DNA of 64,000 bases, from contig NW_026262690.1 in assembly GCF_021869535.1 (NCBI RefSeq), positions 28,520,001 to 28,584,000 on the forward strand, in the 5' to 3' direction. The translations under genes and the position numbers were made by a program. The notes under the pieces are model-generated. The model ran no database searches. It was not told the DNA's origin and worked only from the letters and a program-made list of their open reading frames with translations. Position 1 is the first letter of the stretch, and every line of letters begins with the position of its first letter. The DNA comes from Mytilus californianus. Lineage: Eukaryota. Positions 23,075 through 36,452 of this stretch are shown one piece after another.

Positions 23075-23860
23075 TAACAGGTCGACAGGTTAAATGGTTG
23101 ACAGGTCAGCAGATCGACAGGTTAACTGGCCTACTAATATTTAGTTAATATATATAAGGTCAGGGGTAAGGTTTAGGTTTACAGTTACGTTATGGATCTA
23201 CTGTTAGGGTAATAGTCAGGGTATGGGAAATGGCTTGGGTTTGGGTAAAGGGTTTTGATTACGGATAAGATTTAGGTTAGGGTAACGGTTTTGGTTTAAG
23301 CTTAGTAGGGTTAAGGTTTATGGTTAAGGTTAGGGTTATGATCAGGGTTAGGCTTACGTTAAGGATAAGGGTGAGGGCTACAACATGGTAAGGGTAAAGG
23401 GTGAGGTGTGTGGAAAAGGTTGGCGTTAGGGTTATGTTTAGGGTTGCGAAATAAAAACATGAAACGAATTGATCTATAAAATTATTGAGATTTGTCCTAT
23501 CGAAATGTCAACCTGTCGACTTGATGCCATGTCGACCTGTACAATTGTTGTCGTTTTGATTCTTTGAACTGTTTCCAAACAATTGTAAAATCTTATAATG
23601 AATTATTTAAAAAAAAGATATTTGTCCTGTTGACCTGTCGACTATTTAACATTTTAGCTAATTACCTGTCGACCTTCTAACATCTTGACCCACCCTCTTG
23701 CTTATATGTCGACTAGATAAACAATTGACAACTAGATTCTCGACCTGTAACAGTTGATCTGCTTGTCAAGACAATGTTATAGTCTCCTGTCCTGTCGCAT
23801 TTCTGATATACCAGCATGTTAAAATTGAGAAATTATGTGACCTGTCGACTTCCTAACATA
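23075..23860. repeat. Degenerate (TTAGGG)-like tract (about 23155-23445) flanked by inverted clusters of GTCGACAGGT / ACCTGTCGAC motifs
   Basis: About five perfect TTAGGG among TAAGGG, TTTGGG, TCAGGG and TGAGGG variants. GTCGACAGGTTAA repeats lie on the left (23075-23130) and (TG)ACCTGTCGAC repeats on the right (23510-23850). Confidence 0.7.
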
Positions 23861-25424
23861 TCTACTCAATTGTTGACCAATTTTTTTGTTTGTAGACTTG
23901 AAACTAGTTAACATTATACTATTTAATGTGTGCCCTTTTGACCAGCTGACTTCTTGCCCTGTTGACTTGTTGAGCGAAATATATGTTTATCTATGTTGTG
24001 TTTTTAATAGATGACAATTGATTTTTGAACCTTTTCTCCATAGTAAATTAAACGTTTATTTTGAAAGTAAGGAAAGTTTGGAAAGCGCAGTAATTTGTGC
24101 TGTTTCGCCGTTTAAATATAAAAACAAATTGCTGGAACTAGATTAACGTACACAATACTAGTGCTTGGACTGTATTGTCTTTATCTTGTAAACAATATTA
24201 GATAGAGAAATATGACAAACCAAAAGTGATCAAAATGTCAATTTCTCTCTACTTCCTAATGTCATCAAAATTACCAGATGACTCTCATTAAAGGAGTTAT
24301 TGCACATACATGACAATGTTTAGCTAATTTTCATGTTTTTGCCTATTATCTAAAAAAAATGAAAGAAGAAATGTATAATTAATTATGGCAAAAATAACCA
24401 GCATTACAAGATCTACATATATGTCAAACAACTGAAAACAATGAATGACTCTTGAAGGAAAAGTTGCCCTTAAACTACGATTTTTTTACTAATTCTCGTG
24501 TCAGTCGTAAATTTTTTTTTAAAGATCTTCTCTAAAACTGCTGAAACAAATTTCAATTAATAAATAGGCTGAATGACCCTATAGTATGTAGTTTAAAATT
24601 TGTGTTTTTTTTTATTCTGGTGAGTCAACAAACATGACCGCCATGTCTTAAAGTAGAACAAAAGGGTATAATGCATTAACTGTCTTGCATCGTTAAAACC
24701 AAAATCTGACAGGGCAAAAATGCCCCGTCTTCCTTTCTAATAAAACTAAAATGTTCAGATAGCTCCTTAAAAAATATAACAAAAATACCGAATTCTAATG
24801 GAAATTTAAAAAAGGATCGTCATAAAAACTGAGTCAGTTAAAGGAGAAATAAGCTTTTAATGTTATATATTTTGTGCCTCGTTGCTCAATTAGCTATATA
24901 TAGCCTGTCTACATTCGGGCGAATAAGGCCTTGCTGTGGCTTTTAGTAATGATATTCATGTCTAACACATCAGAAATATAGGGAAATGTTACTCCTTAAA
25001 GCTTGAAAAACACTGCTATTTATCGCTGTATTTTTATGAAGTTATACACATGCCTGACTTAATTAACGTCTTTTTTTACAATTTGGAAACCCAATAAACT
25101 CATGGAGTGACAGAACATGTCACTACGTTGCATGCTCATAACATCTATTTTATTTATTTCATTTTTGGAAGTGCTTAGCTGTTTAACCTTGGTATGTTTG
25201 TGTCCAGTTTATGATTAATATTTTGCATGATTATGTGTATGTCATGTATTATATATGTATATCACTTATGTCTTTTTAGGTTTGTCAATATGGTTTAAAA
25301 GCTCAGTAGAGCTTGTGTTGTCTGTGTTATAAACTTGTCGGATTTTTAATAAAGCTTTTTTATATATTGTAGTGTATTGCCTCTGGCCTTTGTTAGTCTT
25401 GTATGTTTTTTTTTAATTTTAGTT

Positions 25425-25556
25425 CATTTATATGTTTCGGAGTGCGGGATTTTCTCGCTGTGTTGATGACCCATTGGTGGCCTTGGGCTGTTTTCTGCTC
25501 TTTGGTCGGGTTGTTGTCTCTTTGACACATTTCCCATTTCCATTCTCAATTTTATA
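25425..25556 (+). repeat. Dispersed repeat fragment ending GTCTCTTTGACACATTTCCCATTTCCATTCTCAATTTTAT (retroposon tail related to family A)
   Basis: The 3' end resembles the family A terminus (TTGTCTC..TTG.CA..) and is followed by an AT tail. Confidence 0.5.
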
Positions 25557-26793
25557 TGTAAATTTCAACCAGTTGATGAACCCATCCGTTGTCCTACGGC
25601 AAAGCCCATGTTTGAAATGGGATTTCTTTTAATCTTACTGTCACTTTTGTCCGTCTTTTCACATTGTGCAAATCCAGCATGTGGTCTTAAATGTAAAAGT
25701 ATCTTACTTTTAATAGTTTCAGTTAATTTCATCAAAAACTTTCTTAACATAACATCCGGTATTCATCCACACAATTTTTTTCTTTTCTTAATTCCATTCC
25801 ATAAGAATAAATAGCATTATCGATTCTTTCTCGGAATTTTTGATAAATGATAATTTCATTTACTCTTTGATTCTTTTTTATATATAATTCTAGATATTAG
25901 AATCAAATTTTCCTGAGTCATAATTTGCAAGCAGTTATATATAAGTGGCAACTGTAGTATCCTGATTTTCAAATTTTGTAAATCCATTCTGAATATACAA
26001 GCCAGAGGAAAGAACTGAGGGAACTGCATATTTCAGATATTTTTGTAAAAATTAGCATCGGGTTGACATCCGGAACTAAACGGCATTCGAACATATTTCA
26101 GAGAAAACTTATCCCTTTACTTCCAACATCATTTTGTTTTCTAACAACTCATTTATTAATGCTCAAAATCTATCAAAATTGCATTGCTGAGCCAATTTAA
26201 AATTCGTTTTATATTTCTTCGTCACAGTATTTTAGATTCTCATTGCAACAACATGAATTTGAGTACTGTGAATTTTATTAAAGTTTGAAAGACGTTTTGA
26301 AAATGCCCCTGTTGTGAAAATTATGTGGATTTAACCTTAATCTTTATATTTTTGATATTGATATTTTCTCTTTTCTTTTTTCTTTTTCTTTTTTCGTTTA
26401 ACTGATTTAAATTCAGGATACTTATCGTGTTCTGTAAGCAGATTCGAATCAAATTTTGGTAACAATAATTTAGAATGGAAGACATTTTAGGTTTAAGGGT
26501 TCTAAGGATTGTCACATGTGATAAATTTTTCATATCAGCCCGCTAATCACCATTTCGGAAAATATGGAATTCACGTAAATTTAATGCTATTATCATACTG
26601 TAAAAATTATAAGTTATTTACTCTTAGTATATGATAACAGCGTTTATTACTTATGCAGCAAAAATGCTGCAATCTGATTGGTTAATTACCCCGGTGTAAA
26701 AAAATAACACCCCACCCTTGTTCACCCCGGGATAAATAAAATTTTGCCCCTGATTACACCAATATAACTTATATAATTCATAATAAATAAAAG

Positions 26794-27949
26794 AACAGGG
26801 TTCCAATTTCCCCCGCGTTGCACATATTTTATCTATCCAAGGTACAAGGGCAATAACTAAAAAAACACTTTTTTTTGTACTTTAAAACTTTTTATTAATA
26901 TCTAAGGGAAATGAAGGCTTCAGAGCAAATGCAATATGATTTCCATTATAATTAATATTTCAAAGAGGTGATCAACACTTATTTTCAAAAGTGTCAAAGA
27001 CATTGGTGATATAAACCTATGATATAAGTTTCATAAAATTCTGGCAATATTTGTACACATGAGAACGCTGACAATGCAGTTTTCCATATAACCAATATTT
27101 CCAAGGGGCATAACTCTTTTACAAATAATTGATCGGCACTGATTTTTTAACTCGTCAAAGACATTGATAATATAAACCTATAATATAAATTTCATTAAAA
27201 TCTGGCAAGAATTGTACACATTAGAGCGCTTATAAGGCAATTTTTCATATAATTAATTTTTAATATTTCCAAGGGCATAACTCTTTTAGAAATTATTGAT
27301 CGTCACTGATTTTCAAACTTATCAAAGACATTGCTAATATAAACCTACGATTTAAGTTTCATAAAATTCTGGCAAGAATTGTACACATGAGAGTGCTCAC
27401 AATGCAATTTTCCCAATTTTAATGTTTCCAAGGGACATAACTCTTTTAAAAATAATTGATCGGCACTGATTTTCGAACTCGTCAAAGACATTGCTGAAAT
27501 AAACCTATGATATAAGTTTCATACAAATCTGGCAAGAATTGTACGCATGAGAGCGCTAACGATGCAATTTTCGATATAATTAATGTTTCCGAGGGGCATA
27601 ACTCTTTTAAAAATAATTGATCGGCACTGATTTTCTAACTCGTCCAAGATATTGCTGATATAAACCTATGGTATAAGTTTCATAAAAATCTGGCAAGAAT
27701 TGTACACATGAGAGCGCTAACAATGCAATTTTCCATATCATTAATGTTTCCAAGGGCATAACGCTTTTAAAAATAAATGATCGGCACTGATTTTCGAACT
27801 TGTCCAAGATATTGCTGATATAAACCTATGATATAAGTTTTATAAAAATTCTGGCAAGAACTGTACACGTAAGAGCGCTAACAAGACCGGACGGACGGAC
27901 GCCCGGTATTTCTATGGCCCCCTCAACGCGGTGCGCGGGGGACAATTAA
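26794..27949 (-). mobile_element. Helentron/HINE-like non-autonomous element with an internal about 160-bp tandem array (about 6.5 copies)
   Basis: Subterminal inverted motifs TCCCCCGCG (26809) and CGCGGGGGA (27934), a (GGAC)n microsatellite at about 27888-27900, and the unit marker AAGGGCATAACTC at about 27104, 27271, 27431, 27592 and 27752. Confidence 0.78.
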
Positions 27950-30519
27950 TGTTCTTTTAATTGATACCACACAAACGTATCCCACATACAGTTAATGATT
28001 AAAGAATTAAATATGATTCTCACTTGGAAACACAGTAAAGTTGATATGAGGAAAAACTAGACGACAGTAGATAGTACTCAAATTAGAAAACGATATTCGA
28101 AATTCAATAAAAAAATCACAGTTGATTACACGTGTGTGATTTTTATAGACATGAAAGTACCTTAGAAAATTGAGAAGAAATAGTATTGTCCAGCCTTTCT
28201 TGGTTCCTCGTTCTCGAGTATTGTACATTTTACATTCCAGCTATTGTTTTTTTGCGTTCAAGAAACTATGTATCATTTCTGTCGTAGCAAATTGCAGTGT
28301 ATTTTACTATATCAAACAATCGGTAGGTAGAACTACCAGTAGAGGGAGTTACTATGCAAATTATGAGATTAAAAGACGATAAAAACTTACTAAATATTAA
28401 ATGATTTGTAAACAATAGAAGCAGAGAAAAATGCTCAGCTACAAAGTGTATTTGTCCCAAACGGGGAACTTCATAATAAAGAGTTAAAGACTGAGTGTAG
28501 CATACGCAAGGATCATGTATTTCCAAAATAAATTACACAGAGACAAGTTCAGCATTCTTAATGTTTCCTTTTACACTAAGCCATATATCAGAAACTTAGG
28601 AATACTGTGGGTTTTTTATTTAAATGTAGTCAGTATTGCAAATACCAATACTGCTCTTAGTGGGTGCCAAACCACACAGATAATGAAAACAAGAAAATCT
28701 TTTTTGTTAACTAATGTAAAGAATTTTACTAAAGATTTTACCTACGTTACCACATTGTAGAAAGTGAACAAATTTCTAGTAGTCAGCTGGACTACTGATT
28801 GAATACTTCTGTGGCCCGGGTCAAATTGAACAAGCTCTTGCGATACAGGGTTCCTACTATTACTATTCCTGGACCACGATGCCTCTTGCATACTTAATCT
28901 ACTGGTTTCTTTATAAAATATTTCTCTAGTGATAAAATCATCATATGTGACTGATCGTGTCATGCGCAAAGTTGAATAATAAATGTACCTCACTAAATTG
29001 TATATTATTTATTGTTAGTATATTTAAATCATACTGTCTAGCTATTTTGCCACGAAGCAAAAGTTCCTTCATTATTTAAGATCCAATTGGAAGAAATATT
29101 CTGTAATATTTTTCCACTGGAACAAATATTACATATGGAATAAAGGGTATATAATATCTGTTCCAACAGGAACAGATATTATGACAGTTTTCATAACAAA
29201 GTTTCCCGTTAAACTTCTGTTAGGCGGAACAAATATACGTTGACATTTTAACAGATTCTTTGAAATAAAAGGGTAGGAAGGGTCTTTTTTTATATATTTC
29301 GTCATAAATGGTACTTAGAGATATGCAAACGTATTTATTTTACTACACAATTTACTGATGTAGTCTCAATGACACGTATCCCGGTCATAAATCTCAATAT
29401 TTTCAATAATATCTGATATTTAACTTATATTATATTTGCCGACTGCCCAACGTAATCTAGATAAAGCCGGAGTTATGGATTTATTATGAATAAATAAACA
29501 GAAATATTAGGATATGTGACCTTAAATATTGTCATCGAAATCAAAGAAATTACTGTAGAATAAGTTGTAAAATTGATATAGAATTATCACAAATTGTCTT
29601 TCTTTGGAAAAATAAACGAGTTAAACTCTGGTCAAAATACAGTCACTACAGCTATATTTAAAATGCAATGAAAAAAGGTCGAAAACCAATGTCCAAAATC
29701 CAATGTATGAAAGACCGAATCCGAAGTCATACGTATTACGTAGGTCCGCACACTATGAGATATGTATGCAAAAATCTGATAAACTGTATATATGATTGAA
29801 ATCAATTAACCGTGTATTTTATATATCAGTACAATGAGCAAAGATATTATAGTTCATACTTGAGACAATATATGTACAAATGTCATGAAAACGGTAATTA
29901 AGAAAGAGGTAAAATAAAAGACTCAAAAGACACGATATGTCTAAATATGGGTAAAAAAACTCCACTATATCTGGGTTGGGTAGAGCATGATTAAGACGTG
30001 GGAATATTTCCTGATCCTAATTGAATACCAAGTATCCACGTGCTTAATCACAACTTTTCATCAACTTTCTTTAACCGGGTGAATCGTGTTCATATTTTTA
30101 TATTTTTTATACATATCTTTATATGGGATATGCTTTGGTTACCTCTCTGTCTTGACGTATAAGCTTTTGTATTCTTCACGGATACATTTTATCATCTTTG
30201 CGCTTTATTACATGCGGCTGTTCTGCTAGCGACCTGATAGCGAGAAATAATGTTTGCTTTACCTTTGAACTTTAATAGTTTTGACCATTGCTAAGTTCTA
30301 TAATTAATTCGTTATTAATAACCCATGTATTTTCGGACCCCAAGCATATCATCTCAGACGATTATTCCGCTATCTTTGTGGATGTTTTGAACTTAAATAA
30401 AATAGCTGAACATGTTATGAGAATGTTTCTTAATATTCTTTTCTCTTTACTTACTCGTCAGGTTTTGGACAACTTCCTGTGAGAGTGTCCTGCAACCTTT
30501 TTGATACACTGATTAAACC

Positions 30520-31800
30520 TATACTAACATATAATAGTGGAATATGTTATATGTTATATGGACACTTATAATCAATTTTATAGAGCTTAACTGCGAGCTA
30601 ACAAAAATAACTAAACACCAGACGTCAAACATTTTATTGATAAAATATTTTAGAAAAAAAAACCAGCTGCATTTTGTTAAACAAGCACTGGGAACAAAAA
30701 GAAGCTCAACAAATCTAGCTGTTAGAAATGAACTAGGACTTCTGCAATAAGAAACTTTTATAAAAACCCAAACCATGGTGTACCTATCTAGATTAAATAA
30801 TGAAAATCAACCCACTTCTAAATAATCATTTAACCTAATCAAAAAATTAAATACTGAAGGAACATACTATTGGTATACTTTTGCAAAAAATGTGTCACAA
30901 GAAATAAATATTGACATCAAACCTATTGAAGATATATATAAGAAGATGCGGTTATGAGTTCCAATGAGACAACTCTCTATCAAAGTCCCAATTTTTTAAA
31001 AGTAAACCATTATAGGTCAAAGTACGGCCTTCAACACGGAGCATTAGCTCACACCGAACAGCAAGCTATACAGGGCCCCAAAATGACTAGTGTAAAACCA
31101 TTCATACAGGAAAACCAACGGTTTAATCTATATAAAAAACGAGAAACGAGAAACACTTATAAACCACATCAACAGACACTAAAACTTTAAAACAGACTAA
31201 AAAGTTATAACCCCAATTAAAAAAATGTTCCATTAACTATTATCAAACTCTTATTAATGATAAAATAAACAACCTGAATGAAAATAATAAAATGTATCTA
31301 TATAAATTTCTGAAATCTAATATAGATAACCAAATGGATACTACCTACCTCACCCAAACAAAGAAACAAGAAAAATGTTAAACAAATTTAGAATAAGCGA
31401 TCATTGTCTTTTAATAGAAACTGGAAGATATACAAAAATACCAAGAAATGAAAGAAAATGTAAAATATGTAATATCTTCGATGATTAATTCCATTTTTTC
31501 TTTAACTGTAAAATTAATAAAAATAAAAGAGACACCTTTTTTGAAATATTATATCTAAAAATATGTCAAATTTAATACACTTAACTTAACTGATAAACTC
31601 GCGATTATACTAAATCCATCAATACCCAATGATATAAAAGTAGTTGTTTCTTTTATTAAAAAGTCATTAGAACTGAGGAAAGGAGACCAATAACTGTTCT
31701 TTAACATGTTTATTATTATTGCTGCGTTTTTCTTATGTTTGTCTTGTGTCTGTATTGCTATAACCAAAATTGTTTTTTGTTTGTTTTGCAATAAAGAATT
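30520..31800 (+). mobile_element. 3' end of a CR1/L2-group LINE ORF2, decayed and interrupted by a family A repeat
   Basis: KQALGTKRSSTNLAVRNELG, then KFRISDHCLLIETGRYTKIPRNERKCKICNIFDD*FHFFFNC (C-terminal CCHC-type motif). Confidence 0.85.
30940..31185 (-). repeat. Family A repeat copy inserted in the LINE
   Basis: AAGAAGATGCGGTTATGAGTTCCAATGAGACAACTCTC..., collinear with the copy at 62616. Confidence 0.85.
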
Positions 31801-32397
31801 ATTTAATAATAATTTAAGAATTTACATTCGTTATTCTGAAACGATTCACCTCTCCACAGTATTACAGCATGCAAAGCTTAACATAGATAAACATGTAGTT
31901 GATACAGTTCTTTTGTTTTAATGACGGAATAACTCATAGAGAAGAAAATTTCAACAAATTTACACCTGTATGTAAAGAAATGTATACATTTTCATCAGGT
32001 ACATAAAATTTCAAACGAAGAGAAATCAAACAAAAACGTGAAACACTTTCAGCATTTTTGTGCTTACAAGCAAAGAATGGTTAAAAAAAATGTTATATCT
32101 TCTAAATACTGAATAACGACTAATATCAAATAAATATTTAATGCAATTTAAAAGAAATCGTACAACATATCAGAAAACAAACGAAACAATTACATTTTCG
32201 TCAGCCTTCAATCCGAAAATATATTGTATTTAATAGCAATATGTAGCACTGAATGCCATTTTAATTTTACAGCATATGTAGAATTTATTGAAAAATGTGT
32301 AAATAAATATTAGGGGCTATTTATATTAAATCAAGAAGGTTTTAACATTTTTACACTGCGAGTTAAATAATTACAAGGGAAACTGGCACTACCTCTT

Positions 32398-32525
32398 TGT
32401 TTTGTATTACTCAGCAGACGGGGAAAAAACTAACCACTAAAGTTTGTATTACTGAACAGACGGGGGGAAACTAACCACTAAATTTTGTATTACTCAGCAG
32501 ACGAGGAAAACACCAATCACTAAAG
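32398..32525. repeat. About 43-bp minisatellite, 3 copies
   Basis: TTTGTATTACTCAGCAGACGGGGAAAAAACTAACCACTAAA repeated three times with variants. Confidence 0.85.
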
Positions 32526-33299
32526 TTTTAAGTTTACTCTGTTGTTGTGTGTTCGTGTTTCTTTTATCTTTTATTAGGAGATTGTGATTCGCGAGACCAT
32601 GATGACTTTGTTTGTTTAATTTGTATATTTCATATCTATTTACATAAAATTGATTTATATGTGCATTGTTGAAATAAATCCTTAAATTTCAAATGTTTCA
32701 TGAGATCGAAACGTTTCAATTACATATTTAATCAAATCAAGTGTTTACTCTGCGATGAACTATAAATTTTATCAAATAGAAATAAACCATATTTCCTGAA
32801 TGGTAAATGTTAATAAATAAAAAAATGCCTGGTCTACGTCAAATGTGTAAAATTATAAATCACCGTTCGCTTTAACCACTGAAATCGTTATGTCTAGGCA
32901 CAATAAACCGAATAGCAAATACAAAATACGTACAAAGATAGAGATATTTTTATTCCAAAAGTGACCATGATGAGCAAAGTAATTCATTACAACTATTATT
33001 TTATAATTTAGAGACACAAATAATTTTGACTCTTATATCAAGTAAATAAAAATAACATTTAATAAATTGTATACGTTCGGAACGCTTTTCTTGATTTACC
33101 TATTACCAAGAATGCTCAAACTAAAAACATTGAAGCCAAAGATGGATAGATATAAAATAGGGAGATGTTGTATGATCTGATTGCCTGAGTACGCGAAGAG
33201 TTATAAAATTATGACCAAAACGGACCTATAAAGACCAGCCAAATGCTTTTGAAGACATTTTGCTTGAGGGAGTTAGAACATTAAACTCTTTTGAAACTA

Positions 33300-33446
33300 A
33301 GCTTATATAGCTGACTGACTATGCGGTATGGGCTTTGCTCATTGTTGAAGGCCGTACGGTGCACTATAGTTAATAATTTTTGTGTCATTTGGTCTCTTGT
33401 GGAGAGTTGTCTCATTGGCAATCATACCACATCTTCTTATTTTTAT
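33300..33446 (+). repeat. Family A repeat copy (opposite orientation to the 19.9-kb cluster); a short copy also lies at 33808-33870
   Basis: Ends GAGAGTTGTCTCATTGGCAATCATACCACATCTTCTTATTTTTAT. Confidence 0.85.
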
Positions 33447-34799
33447 ATTGTAAAATCAGATACAAAAAGATTAAAAGCATAAAAAAAGACAACACTGGAT
33501 GGATGTATGGAAGCAAGGCAAGATTGAGATGGGATGCAAAGTAACAATTATTTCTGATAAAATATACACTGAAATTTTTAAAACAAAGAAAATAAAATTT
33601 GTTATTAATAAATCAAGGATACACTTCATCAACATATTTAAGTTATTAAGTGCTAGCCAATTACACATAATTAATTGTATCCTTCCACATGGACTACAAT
33701 GCCGTATTTGTACTGAATATGCATGAAATACTTCCCCCTGAAATTACGAAAGCAACAAACAACACAATAAATGTATTTTGGTAAGATAATAGGGTATATA
33801 TAAAAAAAGAATATGTGGTATGAGTGCCAATGAGACAACTCTCTACCAGAGACCAAATGACATAGAAAGTAATAACATGAATCTTTCTCCATTTAAATCC
33901 GATGAAAAGGAGGAAACATACATTTTCCTTTAATAAAAAAAAAGTGTGCGGAGAATTACAAGCTAAACGAGTCTTACTTACAAAGTACACTTTACTTTTT
34001 TTTAATAAGGAACAATTAAATTAGAAAATTAAACGATTGCCAGAAAAAAATAGTTATATTCATCGTATATTGCTCCATTAAATCAGTTATCACAATTGTA
34101 ACACGATAAGGGTCAGACAAGAAGATTTGTAACAAAATTTGTGGATATTATTTATTATATTTTGCGAGTCTGTTTGACGGTTTTCAATTTATATCACAAC
34201 CAAGGTTTTCCGACCTCCTCTACCATAGAAAACTGTCCGATATGATACAACCAAGGGCGCTAAAATTTGCGTTAAACACCAAAACACCAATACAAACAAA
34301 CATTTCGGTTTAATTTTAAAAGACATACATAGCGTCCGAAATCGACAACGTTGAAAACGTAAGAAAATCGTTAAGTGGACAAACTTGCAAGACATTGGAT
34401 TTGCTTAAAAACGAATTCGTTTTGACTACGCAAATTATCGAAAAGTATGTAACTGTATTGTAGGATTATAGTACAATTACGCAAAAACACTATTTTGTAT
34501 GCAACAAATCGAAATGTTTAATAAATGACGTCGCAATTGACAGTCTATTGTAAAATGCGGCAAAATTCGACATTGGACATTCTTGCAAGACATTTGCCAG
34601 AAGCCGTTGTATTTTTATTTGTGGTGTGTTTTGAAATGGTCCATCTATGTACTATTGTGAGCATAATTTATGAAGACGAAATTTCATATTATCCTATATT
34701 TTAAAAACCTATAAATTTCGATAACTTCCATATTTCCGAAATCTGATCATGGTGAAGACTATTTATTTTTGCAAAAAATCATCTTTGCCATAGCATCAA

Positions 34800-35107
34800 C
34801 GCAAATTCCATAATGACGTAATACTTTTTATTGCATAGCAATATAATATTTCCCACAGAAAGTAACCAAAAGCTAGCGTGCAATAAATTCTAATATTGCA
34901 CTAGTGCAATAAATCTTCAAAATTTATGACGTCATCAACGACAAAATCTTAGTTTAAACCAATTTTTACTTTCAAATGTTATATTGCTATACAATAATAG
35001 GATTATTGCATGAATATTGGAGAATATTGTCCCTCGTAGAACATATATTGCACTCGCAAGCTCGTGCAATATAAAATTCTACTCGGGACAATATTCATGC
35101 AATAACC
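34800..35107. mobile_element. Non-autonomous element ending in a long imperfect hairpin (Crypton-like architecture)
   Basis: Hairpin 35001-35106: TTATTGCATG..AATATTGTCCC..GTAGAA..TATATTGCAC-tcgcaagctc-GTGCAATATA..TTCTAC..GGGACAATATT-CATGCAATAA. Confidence 0.55.
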
Positions 35108-35699
35108 CTATAATATATGATGCATATCATTCATGCGAATTTTCGGGGATTTTACACTGTTTCGGAGAGCAGAAACACCCCTATAAAAGATATTATGCGT
35201 ATAGTCTGTTACGTCTGACACGCATATTTTTGACGTTTTGCCAATATTTTTGTCCTTATTTTAGACTATTGTAAAAAATTATAAAACAATTTGTTGATTT
35301 TTTAGAATTAGTAACACCTGCCTAGTCTATGGACATAATTTTATATAGCTTGACTGTTTTGATTTTATAGAAAAGCTGTGTATTAGTGTGGACTGGTTGA
35401 TTTCACGGAATTTACGCAATAACGTGTGTAACGTCTGTGTATGTTACACCACTGTCCCAGTCCAGGGGGATGGTAGTGCGCCCTGAAACATGCTTAACCC
35501 CGCCACATTCTGTACAGTCCCAAGTCAGGAGCCTGCAATTCAGTAGTTGTCGTTTGTTGCTGTATATCATATTTTTTTTATTGTTTTGTACATAAATCAG
35601 GCTGTTAAATTCTCTTTTAAATAGTTTTTCATTTGTATTTTTATAAAGTAGAAAAAAATGTTTAAGAAGGTGATTGACCGTATTTTGTAATAATTTAAT

Positions 35700-35967
35700 T
35701 TTGGATGTAACACGTCTTCTGATTGGCTGAAAGTGTTTTGTCTATCAGCTCATAGACATAATTCTGTCATGTGACCGTGACGTCATCAACGTTTTTATCA
35801 TGATTTACGCCTTTTTAGAATTAAATTATAAGGAATGACTGTATTATTTTTTTCTGTCTATTCGAAATAACCTAAAACATGTGGTGCAAACTTTTAAATA
35901 ACCCGCTGAACCACATTTTTGATGTTATTTCTTCATAGACAGAAAAAATATTACAGTCATTCCTTAA
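35700..35967. mobile_element. Second hairpin-ended non-autonomous element (Crypton-like architecture)
   Basis: CTGATTGGCTG and TGACGTCA motifs, then a hairpin TAAGGAATGACTGTA..TTTTTCTGTCTAT..GAAATAAC / GTTATTTC..ATAGACAGAAAAA..TACAGTCATTCCTTA (35826-35967). Confidence 0.55.
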
Positions 35968-36452
35968 ACAGATGTAAAAAAAAAAAAAAAAAAAAAACCC
36001 GACCTGTCGACTCCATCTTACAGGATTTTTCCTATTGAAGTGACGTCTTAACAATATAAAACTTAACAAGTTGTGTTATCATAACAGGGCTTATGAAAAA
36101 TCCGGAAATGGTGATAACAATGTTTAAAATTTACTATGTTTTCCTGGTGAGGAAACATGTAAAAACAAAATGGATCGTAGTTGTAAATGTGTGCTATCTC
36201 ATACTTGACACCATTGCCTATGCATGGTTAGTTTTGCTTGAGAAAAAGATAATCGAGTTCTAAACGTAAGTTTCTTCTCTTTTATTTTTTTCTGTTACTA
36301 ACTACACTTATTTATTTTTTTTTTCTGTTCTCAACTACATGTATTTATTTTTTTTATCTTATCAACTATTTATCTTTTTGCCAGACATGAACGAGTTGAT
36401 GTCTTGTTTTTTTGTTAATTTGAAATGTGTTTAGTTAAATGTATATAATACT

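Noticed and set aside
25565-26533. Minus-strand Lys/Asn-rich ORF fragments as a LINE or transposase
   Set aside because: No diagnostic motif could be identified, and the AT-rich composition explains the ORFs.
29350-30482. Possible minus-strand LINE remnant (GFRP.., ALSRLR)
   Set aside because: Only two short motif resemblances with implausible spacing; not supportable without alignment.
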